Source: Batkoa obscura
Lineage: Eukaryota
Assembly (NCBI GenBank): GCA_030770535.1
Contig: JASVEC010000011.1
Location: forward strand, 868,001-932,000
Reading direction: 5' to 3'
DNA length: 64,000 nucleotides
Shown here in pieces: positions 63,628 through 64,000 of the stretch. The translations under genes were made by a program, and so were the position numbers. Position 1 is the stretch's first letter. Each line of letters begins with the position of its first letter. The notes under the pieces are model-generated. The model was not told where the DNA came from and searched no databases. It saw only the letters and a list, made by a program, of their open reading frames with translations.

Positions 63628-64000
63628 CTATTCTTTTACAACGTTACAATTTTTCTTTTTAATTGGGGAATTGAATAGGATCTCTTCCAATCGAGGTGGA
63701 AGTTGATGATATAATAACCATTCATTATCCAATGTAGAAGCATCATCCTTCTTTACAAGGGTAAACTCTGGTTCCCCATTTACTTTTAGTAATCTTTTGT
63801 TTTGTGTGATTGTCAAAGGCCCATTATTTTGGTTTAATTGGCTACAGGGATTACTTTTAACTTTAGTTGGTGTTGTATAATTAAAAATGTCGGGAACTTT
63901 TTTCACTCGTTGGGAAAAATCTTGTGGTTTTGAACCGAAAATATCTACATCTTGTCGTCTCATTATGGTGGGTGTTTTTATTAATACAGGGTTAAAGCGA
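63628..64000 (-). CDS. 3' end of a hypothetical protein running off the window
   Basis: Frame of the 111-aa ORF stays open to the window edge; no recognisable motif. Confidence 0.45.
   Translation of the reverse strand, partial: RFNPVLIKTPTIMRRQDVDIFGSKPQDFSQRVKKVPDIFNYTTPTKVKSNPCSQLNQNNGPLTITQNKRLLKVNGEPEFTLVKKDDASTLDNEWLLYHQLPPRLEEILFNSPIKKKNCNVVKE

Overview
Very AT-rich eukaryotic DNA with many short (~45-60 nt) GT-AG introns. The gene set suggests an early-diverging fungus, perhaps Zoopagomycota/Entomophthorales-like; that placement is inference only. Housekeeping genes: POP1, TMEM70-like, ILV3, ATG15, a SANT/N-CoR-like protein, SEC5, OST3/6, LRO1, CYRI/FAM49, RPS26, MPDU1-like, an RBR E3 ligase, ATG3, ketopantoate reductase, a divergent PHO84-like MFS transporter, two tandem GH5 glucanases, tRNA-Glu(TTC) and tRNA-Ser(AGA). 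Accessory DNA lies between them: (i) six intronless F-box/LRR-like copies, one intact and five broken, three of them facing a decayed partner sequence; (ii) 13 copies of a ~97-bp GGGGATGT...ACATCCCC MITE with 4-bp AT-rich target duplications, plus related elements; (iii) four TGTGAAA...TTTCACA solo-LTR-like repeats that occur twice as a long-type/short-type inverted pair; (iv) a frameshifted gene with two beta-rich repeats, a lipase pseudogene, a perfect 48-bp palindrome and a 368-bp identical tract between the GH5 paralogs. No autonomous transposase or reverse transcriptase, CRISPR array or rRNA gene was seen. All alignments and exon boundaries were read by eye; spliced genes are given as start-to-stop spans. 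I cannot establish from sequence alone that any of this is undescribed.
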